NCBI GenBank assembly: GCA_963924565.1
Contig: OZ004613.1
Location: 1,240,001 to 1,304,000 of the forward strand
Direction: 5' to 3'
Origin: Ascidiella aspersa
Taxonomy: Eukaryota
Length of the DNA: 64,000 bases
The position numbers were made by a program, and so were the translations under genes. Of this stretch, positions 41,701-54,643 are shown piece after piece. The notes beneath the pieces are model-generated. The model was not told the DNA's origin. It worked only from the letters and a program-made list of their open reading frames with translations, and did not search any database. Positions within the stretch are counted from its first letter, which is position 1, and every line of letters begins with the position of its first letter.

Positions 41701-44700
41701 GCCAAAGGTCGCATCTGATGCCACAAGTTCAACGGCTGTTTAACCATCTTTTGTTCCCGTACGATGAGAATGGTTTGACAACAAATCACCCCATGGTTTT
41801 TTCACCCTTTGTGTTAAGATCTGGGGGTTTTGGAGCTCTTAAATCATTAGTGCTGGAGTCTCAAAAAAGTACTAAAGCCATGTCGATTTTATCGAATATT
41901 GTTGTTTGATTCAAATTATTGTAATTATCAGGAAAACCAGTGTCTTGTGGTCCAAACGTCAGTATAGGATTGAGGGAGTCGCCTGGTAAAGCAACAATAT
42001 TTTAAAAGTCTCTGAATTTAAAATTGCAAAACCCTAAGTCTCGAAATTTTAACCCTTCTTTGATGAACTCTGGAGCTATTGTAACACGTGTCAAGTCTAC
42101 ATTTTGAGGGATCAATTCACAGTTAAACACAACAAACAAATTCTCAGTTGCTGACCTTTTTATTAAACAAAATGTAATTAGACGGTAATACATCCTAAAA
42201 AACATTTATCTAATAAAAATGGACATTTTATCTGGAATTTGAGTTAATCACCACCTTTCTGGCAGAACGAACTTTTCGAATCGACGGCTGTTTGCGCGTT
42301 CCGCCTGAGTGACGTTCAGGATGCGTTCCACTCCGGTAAGTTTTGGGTTCAAAGTTCAAGTTCGGAGATGCTGCGAAGCTCAGGTGAAGAGTTGGTGAGT
42401 ACAATAAACTTGACGAATTGCTATTTATGTACAGATTTTGCGTAAGGTTTTAATTTTGGCCCCTCTAGTAAATTTTAATACCAAGCCACTTTCCTTACAA
42501 TTTAACTTAAAATCACCTCTTAACATAAATTTACCCACTAACTGTCTTAATAAAACTATAGTATGCTAAACAACTTATTATACATCCAACTCATGGACGG
42601 TTCCAAACGCAAAAAATACAAGAATGTTAAAAGACACAATGCTCCTATTTTAGTATTAATAAAGGTCAACCAAAACTTCAAATTTTGGTTTGCAACACTG
42701 AACAGTTCAAAAAATAAAAAAGAACCTTAAAAATTATGTAAATTTTACAAACCAATTAAGACTTAGAGCTCCAAAAACGCTGAGGAAGGCATAACTTAAA
42801 CTTGAAAATTATAAAAAAAAATATATATCTTAATAAAAACCATAAAATAATAAACTGAATTTAATTTCCAGCAACTTCCAAAACCATTCCCTGGCACTTG
42901 CGCTTACGACGGTATGTTGGGGATTCCCCACGCGACCAGTAAGGACTTCCCTCTGGACTTCACGACCTTTATGTCAAACCACCCCTTCGTATCGGGAAAC
43001 GTGATGTCATCAACACTGGGTACGTCATCAAGCAAGGGGGGTACGCTCGCCTACCAGCAGGGGGAGAAGTTTGTAAAGGTAAAACCTGTGCAATTTATTT
43101 TTTATTTTTATGATGATTATTGATTAATATGTGTTGACAAGTAAAATATTATTTATGCTTTATTATTTTCTATCTTAATTTTCTAATAAATGTTGATTTT
43201 TTTAGATTGCAGTTTACAGACAACAAGCGTTGGATGGTGAAACTTATGACGTAATGTTCGTTGCAAGTGCATCCGGAGCGATCACCAAGATTGTCAAAAT
43301 AAAGGTGACATATTGTAATAGTGCAATATAACTTCGTAACATCATGAAAAAAACGAAACCTTTGCACAATTCAGCAGTTCTCGAGTGGGGAATTTATGAG
43401 CTTTGTTTCACAATGCATCACTTGCCAGCTAAAGGCAATGCTCTTTCGATTCTATTCTTATGAATTCTGGTGATCTTTTGAACCAAGAATTATGAATAGC
43501 TTTGTAGATTCGAAACCTAAATATGCTACAATAGTTCAAATATTTAACCTTAAAATATTTATTTAACCCTTATTCACAATAAGTTTCCATCGAAAGTGCA
43601 TTCCTCTATTAAAACGGCATTTATGTAAAATCTATTGAAATAAGGTCTAAATTTAAACTTTCATTTTAATTAACCGATAAGTTTTCTAATTTCGGGGATA
43701 GTTCAATTCAATTAACAATTAAGATATTTAAACCTTATGATTTTAAGCCCATACTTTCAGCCCTAAAATAGTCTTGCTTATTAATTTGTTACGTAACAAT
43801 GAATACGTAACAATGAATGATTTTTGTGTCACAAAGTCGAAAACGGGATCGATCTAATGTGAAGACCTTATTATAACCGCAATATTTTACCTGGATTTGA
43901 ATACAATTAATATTTTCCATTTAACCTCGTTTATTTACGTTCAAACTCACCTGCCATTGTGCGGAAACAATCGCTCACCTTGACGTAACAATCGATTTTT
44001 TTTAAAGGGAAGCAAACCGGAATCCCGCCAGCTCGCCAGGTACCAGCTGTCCGAAGGTACCGTATCAAACCTGCTGCTTTCCCCTGTGACGTCACAGCTC
44101 TACGTGGATACAGCTAACGAGTTGAAACAGGTTCGTAGTTGTTGGTTTGACTTTTGGCTTGTTACAGCTTTCACGAGTTGGAATATCAAGCAAAGCAGTG
44201 ACTTTTTTGAAAAAAAAATGCTATTTTTGTCGAAATTTAGGAAAATGCTATAAATTCCAACACAGTCGCCAAAATATCGGTAAAAAAGTCAGCGTGATTG
44301 TGACTACTGATCCGTAACAAGCCTTGTCCTTCGTGCTCAGTGATCCACGACCGCGTTTTTAAGTCGAAAGTGGATTTTAAGGTTAACGACCGCTGTTTCG
44401 TTTTTATGAAAATATATTTTTAGACATCATTCAGAAATTCTCCCATCGGAATTAGAATTTACTGATAAATTTCCCTTGTAATTTGACAAGCGGCTGTAAT
44501 ATTACATCATTCTTGTCTGTGAATCCTTTGAACTGTTTTATTAAAAATATACAAAGATTCGGATTCGCAAAGAAAAAGAAAGCAAATATTATATATGTAT
44601 GATTCATCTGTTAGAAGCGAGAATATTTCTTTTTGCACATTATTCATTGTCTGCGGGAAATTTCCATATGAATGATTTAAACTGCATCGTCTGAGACATA

Positions 44701-47700
44701 TTGTATAGATTAATACACGATTAAAATCCATCTGAATAAAAAAAACGATTGTACCAAGAGCATACAAACAGGAGAAATACAACTAGTAGTTTTTGTGCCA
44801 AATTTAGAACTTTTCTGTGAATCGTAATATAGCGCATTTCCAGGTAAAACGTCTATAAAAAGCGCGAAATACAAGTTAAACAGTATCACGTGATTCCGCC
44901 AAGTACGTTCCAGTAATTACACCTGGAGCCGAAATTAGCGCTTATTATCACTTCTTTAAGGAGTTGTGGAAATCTTGTTTTTCACTCGGTGAAGTCTTAC
45001 GTCACTTGAACACTGTAATTATGGGCAGGAAAGCCAAGTTCGTCCGATATAAATTATGTATGGCTTGGAATACCCGCGTTTCGTCAGCCGTTTTCACACT
45101 TTGGTGTGCAAAACATGTTCACCGCTCGCTGCAGCTTGTGACGTCATCAATACGCTACTGTTTTGACTGGTCTTACGTCATAAACACCCTAGTGTTTGAT
45201 GTATTGTTCTCAAAAGAGAAATTAGTTCGTTATTGTGAACAAAACAAAAAAAAAGCTAGACATGTTCAAACTTAGGCAACGAATTTTTATTATTTTGAAT
45301 CTGTCCAATTTTGTATTTGAATTAACGTCCATTGAAACTGTTCATGTCATTTGTCTAAGTACTAAATAACAAATTTGTTTACATGCTAGTTGTACATGCT
45401 ATAAATTATACACCATTTATTCTCAAAATAGACAAATTGATCGGTTGATGCATTTTTTGATTTATATGTTTCACAACAAAATTATTTATTTCACTGAGCT
45501 TAGCTTGTGTATATCTTCGTCCGTTACCAAGACGTATTTGTTCAAATATCCCTCATTTTCCGACCATTTAAATATTTTCCTGTATAACCATCCTCTATAA
45601 ACGGTGTTTTCCCTTCAGATGTCGATCTCAAATTGCGAATCTTACTCCTGTCCCTCTTGCGCCCCCTGCCGGATGTGCGTCATGTCACGTGACCCGATGT
45701 GCGCCTGGGATCCAAACGCAAAGGTGAGAAAAAAATAAAAAAACAAAACTTTTTTTTCTCAATTTCTGTTGTCGAAAGCTCTTGAATGACTGTTTATTTC
45801 GCGGACATCCGATCGTCGTGAATTTTATTTTTTTTTATTTTAACTATTTATGCAATTCACAAAGGCTTGAATAAAGTTGTCCTTGGAATTTCAACGAGTT
45901 CGTATAATTGTGTATTTTTGTAAATTTAAATCGGGACTAGATGTTAATTTTCCCTTTTTACAAGGCTTTAAACATTAAAATAAACAAAGCGAGCGTCGAT
46001 AATGTCTCGTATTGCAGTAATATGTTGTTGGTTGGGTATAAACTGATGTTGTATCTCCACAGAAATGCGTGTCGGTCAATGGCCCGTCAAACCGCTCAGG
46101 TTTGCTTCAAAGCGTCACCGATGGCAACGCCACCATTTGCGGGGATTTACCGCCGATGACGTCAGAAACTCAGAAAGGTGAGATTCGCTCAAAGTTTTTC
46201 TGTTTTCCCGATGATATTTAAGGAGACTTTATTTTAATTCTCTTGTCTTTCTCTTGTCAAAACGAGTACGAAAAATGTGTTTTGATATTTTATTAGGAAT
46301 TCGACATAATTGCAAAGAAAACCAATATCTACTGGCAATGGCGCGAAAATGTTTTTTTTTTGCAATTATGTCGAACTCCTGATAAATTAGTTATGATTAC
46401 CTTATGCTTATATCATTGTCCAAACCTTTAGTTTGTTTAAATAAATCATTAGCAGTTGAAATCAGACACAGTTTGCAAGAAGTAAAATTCGGAACACTTT
46501 TTAAATGCTTCTTCACTTATTATTTTTTAGACTTTGAAAACCTTGTTTTTTTCAGTTGTCCTCAACTCTGCTCAAATCCTCGGCGATCCAGTCAACAACA
46601 AGTTCTTCCAAGTCACTTGGCTCAAGGATTCCAAGCCACTTCCTTCCTATGGTAAATAGGACCACATGTTGAACTAAAAAGCACGCTTGATTGTTTTTAA
46701 CTTTGTTTGCTACTATTTTTATATGAGCGAACAACAACTGGATTCATTAAAGGCTTAGAAACAAATGTTTATTATTTTGGTAAAATGTTAAATGTTACTA
46801 TTTCTCTAAAACTGTCAACGATTTACAATTGTTAAATACAACATTGGGTAAAAAAATCCTGAAGTTAAATGGTAACAAAAAGCGTTAAAAGATTTTTTTC
46901 TGGTTGTAAAACTCAACAAGTTTGCCATTTCAATAAAACCTTTTATTTTCAGGACCAACTTACACTCAGACTGGCGATGGTAGAATTGAGTTCAGGTCCT
47001 TTTCTGAAGGTGACCTTGGAACTTACGTGTGCCAACGCAGCGCTGATGGGACGATTGTGGCTCGCAAGGAAATCCAATGCGTGCAAGACAAAAGCAACGG
47101 AGGTGGAGTAACTGCCAAGACTGATCCCATTGGTGAGGAGATGCTAGTTGCAGTAGTTTTGTGGGATTTTTTTTTAATTTTTTTTGTGAAATTTTTTTTA
47201 ATTTTTTTTTAAAGCTTTAATTGTTTTTAGCGACACAAAGTTAGAGATACGAGCCCGGTTAGCAGGACTCGAGTATAGGCATTTTCTATTACATTTTGGT
47301 GTCATGACAATTGTTTGCCACATAATGCCTACTGGATATTTTTTGATTGTAAGTTGCAAGTTTTTTTCGATGGCCAATTTGCAAATATTTGTGTCTATTT
47401 TTTTTTTGACTGATTGAGTATCGACAGTGGCTTGATACGAATATAAACACTTTCTATTAACTTTGGCAAACGTGGTTTAGTGCCATCGTCTATCTATATT
47501 ATTATTACTATTTACCGACGATGTAACAAAAAACTTTTCTGAAGTCTCGTTTCTACGAATACCTGCAAGTTGTGGCACTGATATGTGAATAATAGAAATC
47601 ACCTTTGCAAGATAAATGTCGACCTTAATTCCTGATCAGTAACAGCAAAATAATCTAGCAAAGCTAGCAATTCAGGTCAGACACAATAAACAGATCTTAA

Positions 47701-50700
47701 AATATATATATATATTTCGCCAACTATGGCATCGTCACTATGTCTGAATGGCGAAATATATATATATATATTTTAAGATCTGTTTATTGTGTCTGACCTG
47801 AATTGCTAGCTTTGCTAGATTATTTTGCTGTTACCTACAAGTTGCAATATACTTACTATTACTACCATACATTTCTTGCACATTTTCTCCTATCCACCCA
47901 ACGCTTTTCCTTTAAAAAAACGAGATTATTTTCAACACAAAACAGAAAATATAATTTAATGTAAGACTTTCCACCTAATTAACAAACAATATATTTAACG
48001 CGAAAAATGACCAAAATATCAACAAAAATGTTTTTCTTCCCTAGCCCACCCACCCCCGGTTGGTCCCATAACATCCACCAAACCTGGGGCTACAAACGTC
48101 ACAGCTACCATAGTGAATACCCCGGTGGTTCCCCTCACCAACCAACCACAGTCAGCATCTTCGACCTTCATAATCGTCATCATAGTTGGTGAGTACTAGT
48201 GTGGATGTTAAGTGGTAAAAGTGATTTGTTTGTAGTTATTTTTTTATACATTAGTAAACAGGCTTGTATATTTTTTTAGTTGTATTTTTTTTAATAATTA
48301 AAAAACAAAAAAGTGATTTGAAAGCAACAATAGATAAAGCAAATACAGGATAAACAAAAAAACAAAAAATAAAGTTCATAAAACACATTTTTTTAACAAA
48401 CAGTATTACTGTAAGTGTCAAATATGACGTACTTACATCCCGATTTTTTCAAACCAGTTACTATTTTAACACTAGTTTAAACCACTGGTTTATAAGTTTT
48501 GATTTTTGTTCCAGTGTTGATATTTGTTCTCGTCACGGTTGGTGGAGCTGTTCTCTACCTCCGGAAGCATAAGGAGCGCATGGCTTCCAGCAACAAGGAC
48601 ACACACGGGGAAAGCAACACACAGAAAACACCGCGTAACAAGTGAGTAAATGTGGTTATTTCGAACGATATTGTTGAAAAGAACGCACTTTTAACTAAAA
48701 ATAAAAAGAAACATTTTAAGCAGCAGTAATATTCGCATAAAATATGAAGATATTTTTCTTCTATTCTAATAATATCAGCGTTTCTATCTCAGCAACAGTT
48801 TTTACGAAATTGACACAAAAATATCCATAAATTAATTTTGTAAATATACAGATTAGAAAAATGTGGTGAATAATATATAATAAATATCATATTGAATAAT
48901 TATATTTAACTGCCGTAGACTGAACTATGTTTAGGTAATTTCATTATTCGTAAAGAAAAGCAATCACACATAAACAGTAGCAAAAACTCCCCTAGTTTAG
49001 TGATTTTAACCAACTTTTTCTGAACAGTGACGCAGAAGACCAAATCACACCAGTAACTTACAACAGCAACAGCAACAATTACTCGAACCGCGAGACGATC
49101 CAGTTCAAAGAAACTCGTGAGAGGCGATCGGATTATTCCCCGCTAATGAAACAAACAAGCATGGACGTAACTGGTGGGTGCTCTGACGGCCCTGTAAAAG
49201 CGTCTCTATAGGCCGTGTAGATTTTTTTTGTTTTTATTTTTTTCACGAAACTAAATTGTCCTTACTACACCGGCCCTGTAATAGTGGCCCTAGCTGTCTT
49301 GTAATTTAGGTGAAATATTTACTGCAAGATCGAGATTCACTGATAAGTGTGCTTTAACTAAAAAATCGTGTCGAGCTTGAGGTGGCTTTAAGTGTCCGAT
49401 ACTTACGACCGTTTGGTATTAAAGGTTGAAAAGTTATATAGGCTTGGTTTGTGACTCATTCTAACATTTTATAACATGCTATTTGAATGTGATGATTTCA
49501 ACTATCGTTGATATTGTTTTATAGGTTTTTGTACTTTTGCCCATAAAAAGGAAATAAAATCCTCAGACATCTAAAAGTGACCTTTCTCTGTCGGAAAATG
49601 ATAGTTAAATATTTTACATTTAATTTCTTATTCTAATGGGCCTGTAGTAAACGGCCACGCGTTTTAATAAGTCTTTGAATTTTAATGTTTTTGTTTTAGA
49701 TTCTGCGAACCCAACCCCAACAACCAAGAAAGTTGCTACTGTAACTCCAATGAACTTCGGTAAGTTTCTTAACGTTGAAGCGGCAATATGCGAATCAAAA
49801 TATCGTACATTATAAATATTTTCCATAATTTTTTGTTTTTCAAAAAACAAACAATTTTGACCAAGAGTTGTTTTTATAATATATTCTTAAAGCACGTTTT
49901 CTAAATTATTAAATTGCTTTTCAAAAGCATATAAATAAATAAATAGATTAAAAACTCTAGTGGAATTTGCCATGTTCTTAAAATAAAATTACAAGGAAAC
50001 GAGTATTTTACGCGAAATCTTATGAAATAGAAAAATGTTTTAAACCCATTATTGTCCGACCTTAAATAAAACTGTCCATTTCCATTCCCAGAAAAAACGC
50101 CAGTGGGCCCTATTTTATTCATGGACGAAACCGCCCCGATGCTGCCCCCCAGCGGCGACGCGAGCAGCCAATCGTCGAGCGCCAATTCCCCGCGCAAACT
50201 TCCCGCGCGAACCAAGTCGATTCCCGCCAATCGCATCACCGTCTCGCTCGGCGCCGATTTAGCGTTAAAATGGAACTCAATCCAACGCCATCCGAAACGA
50301 GGCACTCTAGTGGTGGAACTGGACGTCCCGGACGAGTACGACATCGACATGGAGGGGACCGCGGGTTCCATGGACCCCCTCGACCTAAGCTTCCTCGGCA
50401 CCGAAACGCCCGAGACGGCCCGGGGAAGTCCCGAGAGCGCGCGGAAGATGGCCAGGAATGGTTTCGACACCGACAGCGATTCGACCTTGAAGGGCGACTC
50501 AAGGGCGGGCGGTGATATCAGTGACGTCACATCTAGTACGACCAGCACCCCCCGGGCGCGTCCCCATGCCCCCCCGCCCCAACCCTTCTCAGCCAGCTCC
50601 TACAACAGGTACGCTTCACCCAGGGGGAGTACCCTCAGCACCCCCAGCAGGGAAAGTCCCCAGCAGCCCCCGTTGAGGGACCAGTCGACCCGCCTCGACA

Positions 50701-50789
50701 AGTCACCCATAAGTACTACGTCATCATCGTCCACGTCATCAGCGGACAAGTACGTCACTCCTCCGCGAAGTCCGGTCAAAGTCGCCTGA
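17717..50789 (+). CDS. Transmembrane semaphorin, class-4-like architecture (signal peptide-Sema-PSI-Ig-TM-long cytoplasmic tail), ~1061 aa
   Basis: 19 phase-consistent GT-AG coding exons: 17717-17843, 35776-35889, 37547-37758, 38084-38297, 39351-39472, 40982-41149, 42266-42394, 42872-43078, 43206-43304, 44008-44130, 45619-45723, 46063-46177, 46556-46651, 46953-47132, 48045-48188, 48515-48641, 49028-49173, 49700-49759, 50092-50789. They sum to 3186 nt in an open frame. Motifs: signal peptide IGLLVAVLLQII; Sema LYIGGKG, CFNYVR, CGTQA, RIAQVCANDQGG, FTSFLKVALVC, TAVCAF, PGTC..SKDFP..HP, YDVMFV; PSI CVMSRDPMCAWD; Ig VTWLKD and DLGTYVC; TM FIIVIIVVLIFVLVTVGGAVLYL followed by RKHK. Confidence 0.92.
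27271..27430. repeat. Decayed palindrome / fold-back MITE in the semaphorin long intron
   Basis: Core arms 27314-27341 and 27353-27380 are 25/28 complementary with an 11-nt loop. Weaker complementarity extends outward (cactttaaaacttc / gaagtttgaagtg). Confidence 0.7.
36507..36533. repeat. (TTAACCA)n short tandem repeat, about 4 units
   Basis: ttaaccattaaccattaaccattaacc. Confidence 0.85.
36778..37552 (+). repeat. Diverged ~300-bp tandem duplication that includes the 3' splice site of semaphorin exon 3
   Basis: aaccctatattttcttgcagccaaca occurs at ~37058 and ~37527. Upstream blocks (tagcaattt..aaaatatac..; gttcaatatacag) are also repeated. The second unit contains a MITE. Confidence 0.75.
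37237..37412. mobile_element. Small hAT-type MITE (176 bp)
   Basis: TIRs CAGGGATGTCCAACCT / AGGTTGGACATCCCTG, TSD atttagtt / atttcgtt, internal GCGGCCC repeats. Confidence 0.88.
38330..38483 (+). repeat. Array of about 8 CAAAATGACA-like motifs
   Basis: ggacaaaatgcc, ggacaaaatgacac, ccaaaatgacac, caaaatgacaa, gcaaaatgacag, acaaaatgacac, gcaaaatgacac, gcaaaatgact, spaced ~17-20 bp. Likely a transposon subterminal array. Confidence 0.8.
39487..39960 (+). repeat. Tandem repeat, ~176-188-bp unit, about 2.6 copies
   Basis: Units begin aatcaaaacaaactc...gagcttattacgtcacaatgcc at ~39487, ~39663 and ~39851. They share cccgaccctacataaaa..aaaggtggttgt. Confidence 0.9.
46289..46386. repeat. Intronic hairpin with ~35-bp arms
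   Basis: ttattaggaattcgacataattgcaaagaaaac versus gttttttttttgcaattatgtcgaactcctgataa, with a ~25-nt loop. Confidence 0.8.
47639..47834. repeat. Near-perfect palindrome (84/86-bp arms, 26-nt spacer) with a hammerhead-like centre
   Basis: 47639-47722 is the reverse complement of 47749-47834 apart from one TA unit. The centre on the minus strand reads gUGACGA-u-GCCA(uagu)UGGC-GAAA-uaua. Confidence 0.93.
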
Positions 50790-53700
50790 TTTTTGGTTCG
50801 AAATTCAGCGAAGTTCCGCTTGAGTCCACACGCGGTCGTGTCATTACACGGGAGGCGGTACACGACCACAAAAGGGCCTTACAGGACAAGGCCAAAATGC
50901 GCGAAAGGACTGCGATCGTTTACCACGGCGGCTTTATGACACGACCTTAAACGGACATGCCCTTAGGTAACAAGGACTATTGTCGCAAAAGACACAACCA
51001 CGGACGGAAAAAACATCTCCATGTGAAGCGGAAGTTTAACTAAACGAACAATGAATCCATGCTTATTGGTTGCCGCAAATTTAAGGCAATGTTCCGAGGT
51101 TGATTAAATGCAGACTGCTGTTGTTGGGACTAGATATCTTGTGAAAAGTCCACTGTGAACGGAAACACTTTATATTGTGTACAAATATTTTCATTAAATC
51201 GTGTTTTTTAAGAATCTGTGAGATTCTAAAAAAAAGTTCTCGACAAAGGCGATTTTCTTTCTTACTTTCTTTCATTGTTAAAGCCTGATACATTCCCCGA
51301 ACATTTAAAAAAGCCAAGAAGTTAACGAAGGCCAAACAACAGGACGCTTGCGTAGACGCATTTTGTATGTTAGTTGTGCATTTCTACAACGCTATTGTAA
51401 GTCAGTTTTTGTTATTCTTTCAATGTGCGTTTTAACTTCATTTTTTACTATTGTTCGTTTTATTATTTATTTCACTGCCAATAAAACTAATTAGTTAGTC
51501 CAGTTAAAGTAGTCTTAAATTTAATTGCAAAAGAAGATAATGCATGGATGGTGGGGGCGAAAAGACGAAAGTTTTATTTGATAAAATTTAAATGCTATTA
51601 AAAGTCAAAGTTAAAAAAGGATTAGGCGAGTGCTGAGTAGCAATTCGTTATTTAAAAAATGTAATGAAAAATAAAGGCTTTAAATAAAGTTCCAAGTCCA
51701 GTCATTTTCAATTAATAATAAGTCTAGTCACATTATTATTGTACTAAAACGTCAAAATTTTCTCGCCTTGTGATTGAAAATAAATAAAAAGTTGTCATAA
51801 TAACTATAAAACCAACACAAAAGCCATGACACCAGCCCAACAAAACAGCAGAAACGTGCTTAAACGCAATCACGTCTTTGTAATAACAACTGAAACTGTA
51901 CAACTTACTGCAGCAAAGGCAGAAATCAGCCAACTGAAACGAATTGAGAAGAACGCAGTTGAATCGTCTGTGACGTTGTAGTTTTGTCAACCAATCGCGT
52001 TGCTCCAATGGCAACTCATTGAACCAATTTGCAGAGTAATGTTGGATTGTGAAACAATTTTTTGCTTGTACAAGGCTGGTTATTAAACACTTGCTGCAAG
52101 TTGGGTTTAAATTGCAAGAATGCTGTTTTCTTATTGGTATTATTGAATTGGTAACCAATTTGTTTGATAGTGCTGTGTAAATTGAGTCACTCAGTTGCTA
52201 TATCAGGAAGTTTTTGGGGAGCTACGCAGTTATTCGTGTTTTTTGTATTGTTGAATTACTAAAGGTAGCCTATTAGTCAGTCACTAGAAGCTACACATAC
52301 AAAGTTGGTATATATCACTTAATGTAGATTAACTTGTACAATATTTCCGCACTTGTATCGTAACTTATTTCAAAGAATGATGTATACACACACGTGTGCA
52401 GCAACTGTGATCTAGCCCTTCTGACGTTGTTGTTTAATCAACGATAACGGCTTACTTAGTGCAAAGTAAGTCTTTAACAGGCTAAGCGAATCAGTCTTTC
52501 AATTAAAGATATTCATGCAAGCCATGCTAGAAAAACAACTAGCTTATTCAAATGGCAAAATATTACTTTTATTTGCAAGTTTAATTAAGGTTATATAGAT
52601 TGTAGTCTGCCACGCTGGATATTTTAGGAACTGTGAAATGTGTGGGTTATACGCAAATACAGGAGACGACGAAAGGAAATTGGTAATTCAATGCGTCTCA
52701 AGTTATATTTGCAAGCAGTGAAGCAGTTAACACCTCTATAAAGCAGACCAATTCCACTGCTGGATTTCTTACAATGGTGTTTGTTTATTATTGATTGACA
52801 AAGCCGATCAAAGAACTAGGTCACTGCCGTGCGTTTATTTGCAGTGATTAGCCAAATAACAAACAAATTTCCAGTTGCCAAGTGCGCTTAAATATACCGA
52901 TTTTTATTTATATAAATTGGACTTGTGGAGTAGCTATTACTATTTTGCCTTAGGCACTTACGTGGTTTTCAAACTTTTTTCTTGCGTTGCTTTTGGAAAC
53001 GTTTATCGGGATTGCTACGCATTAAGCTATATGCACTTTTCTAATTTTCGATTAATATTTACCCCAAACCAAATTTATTTATTGATTTGTTTGTTTTAGT
53101 AAACCACAATAAATTGCGCAGTTTTCACGTCACAATAAGTTTAAATGCAGATTGCCAATGGACAATCATATCGGCGCTGGTCTACTATCCTACAACTCTG
53201 TTTTACAGTTTCAGAAAAAGTTGAAATTGAAATTACATTGACGAAACAAATATGGGATATAGGATAATCAATATAATAATACTTGACCCACCCAAACCCA
53301 AACTCGCACCCTGACCCAAATATTGTTAGCAATATAAACCCCCAGACGAAAATATGGTAGGATTCTAGACCAACGCCAGTGTGTCTTAAAAACTTGTTAC
53401 CGCTATTGAGTTTGGATACGAAACGGATCATTGTGAGACGCCCTTGGAATAGTGAAAAGCCGCACCAGAACTTCGAGACGCACAGTTTGAGAACCTCTGG
53501 TTTAAATGACAGCCGTCAATATTTAGAGACTTGATTGTTTGTGCAAAATCTGTAACAGATTGATACTAATCCAATCTTGAATGAAGGTTTAACAAGCCAT
53601 GGAAGAATTTCTATAATAGGATAATTGGATGTGGCTGACAAATTACGTTGGCAAATATTTTCTGTTTACATAATATGTTTATTTTTTGCAGAATAATTCT

Positions 53701-53947
53701 GGCTACTAAACGTGAAAACCGCCAATACAATAAGTAATGGGATTATATTTGTCGCTTTCCGAATGAAAGGCTTTACAGAGTTAACCTCTATGGCTGTGTT
53801 TGTAAACAAATATTTACACACGTGTCTTAGTCCACTGCCGTCCGTCATAACGAGCCGACCCCCTTTTAATTTGTCGATTACGATAGCGTCTGCACCGCTG
53901 GTTAGGATCCATCTTTTATTGCGATATTGATACCCAACAGTTTAGTC

Positions 53948-54282
53948 CAGGGGTTCTTAAACTTTTTTTACCGCGGACCCCTAAAATTTTTTTTAACCTA
54001 GCGTGGACCACGGTCGGCAAAAAAATTTAAAAAATGACGTCATAAATTGACGTCACAGTACAAATAGACTTTATAAATCTTCTGATTTTGGTCCAAAAAT
54101 GTGAAAGTGAAATGGAGTCTAAATAGGATTCAGTTCAAAACCGTTTTATTTTTAATCAAACGTTTTTTTTTAAAAAAAAATTACTTCTTAAATATACACT
54201 CATATTTTAAGTAGGCCTTCATGGACCCCCCAAAACTAGTTCGCGGACCCCCAAGGGGTGGACCCCAGTTTAAGAACCCCTG
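53948..54282. mobile_element. hAT (Charlie-like) MITE, young
   Basis: TIRs CAGGGGTTCTTAAACT / AGTTTAAGAACCCCTG, perfect 8-bp TSD gtttagtc, subterminal GGACCC repeats. Confidence 0.93.
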
Positions 54283-54643
54283 GTTTAGTCACAAAGTATC
54301 GCGGCCCGATAGCAATGACGTCATTACTACGGTAAAATAACAAAAGTTAGAAAATTGAAACTTGCAAATGGAATATTTCTCAGGGGATTCTAGTTTCCAA
54401 AAGCATGAATCTCATTTTGCGTATTATGAGCTTTTTTTTGTTTTGTTGGTAAAAAAATTGTTTTAAACTTTTGCCAAAATGTAAAAGCATTTTTTCGGCT
54501 CTGTAAATTTTCTTTCAAATCCACATTTGGGTTATTTTTTTTTACATTTTTCTACAAATTAAACTTTCTCTTGAGATTTTATAACCGCAATGTTATGTTC
54601 AGGTGCTTTGTGTAAGTAAATACAAACATTCCAATAGAGCAAA

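Noticed and set aside
46531-46655. Semaphorin acceptor at 46530, giving a frame with Cys residues
   Set aside because: That frame lacks the Ig Trp and is out of phase with the next exon; 46555 gives VTWLKD and stays in frame.
49901-50869. Long overlapping ORFs (49901-50548, 50236-50502, 50270-50515, 50600-50869)
   Set aside because: Shadows of the GC-rich last semaphorin exon in other frames or on the other strand; no independent splice or start signals.
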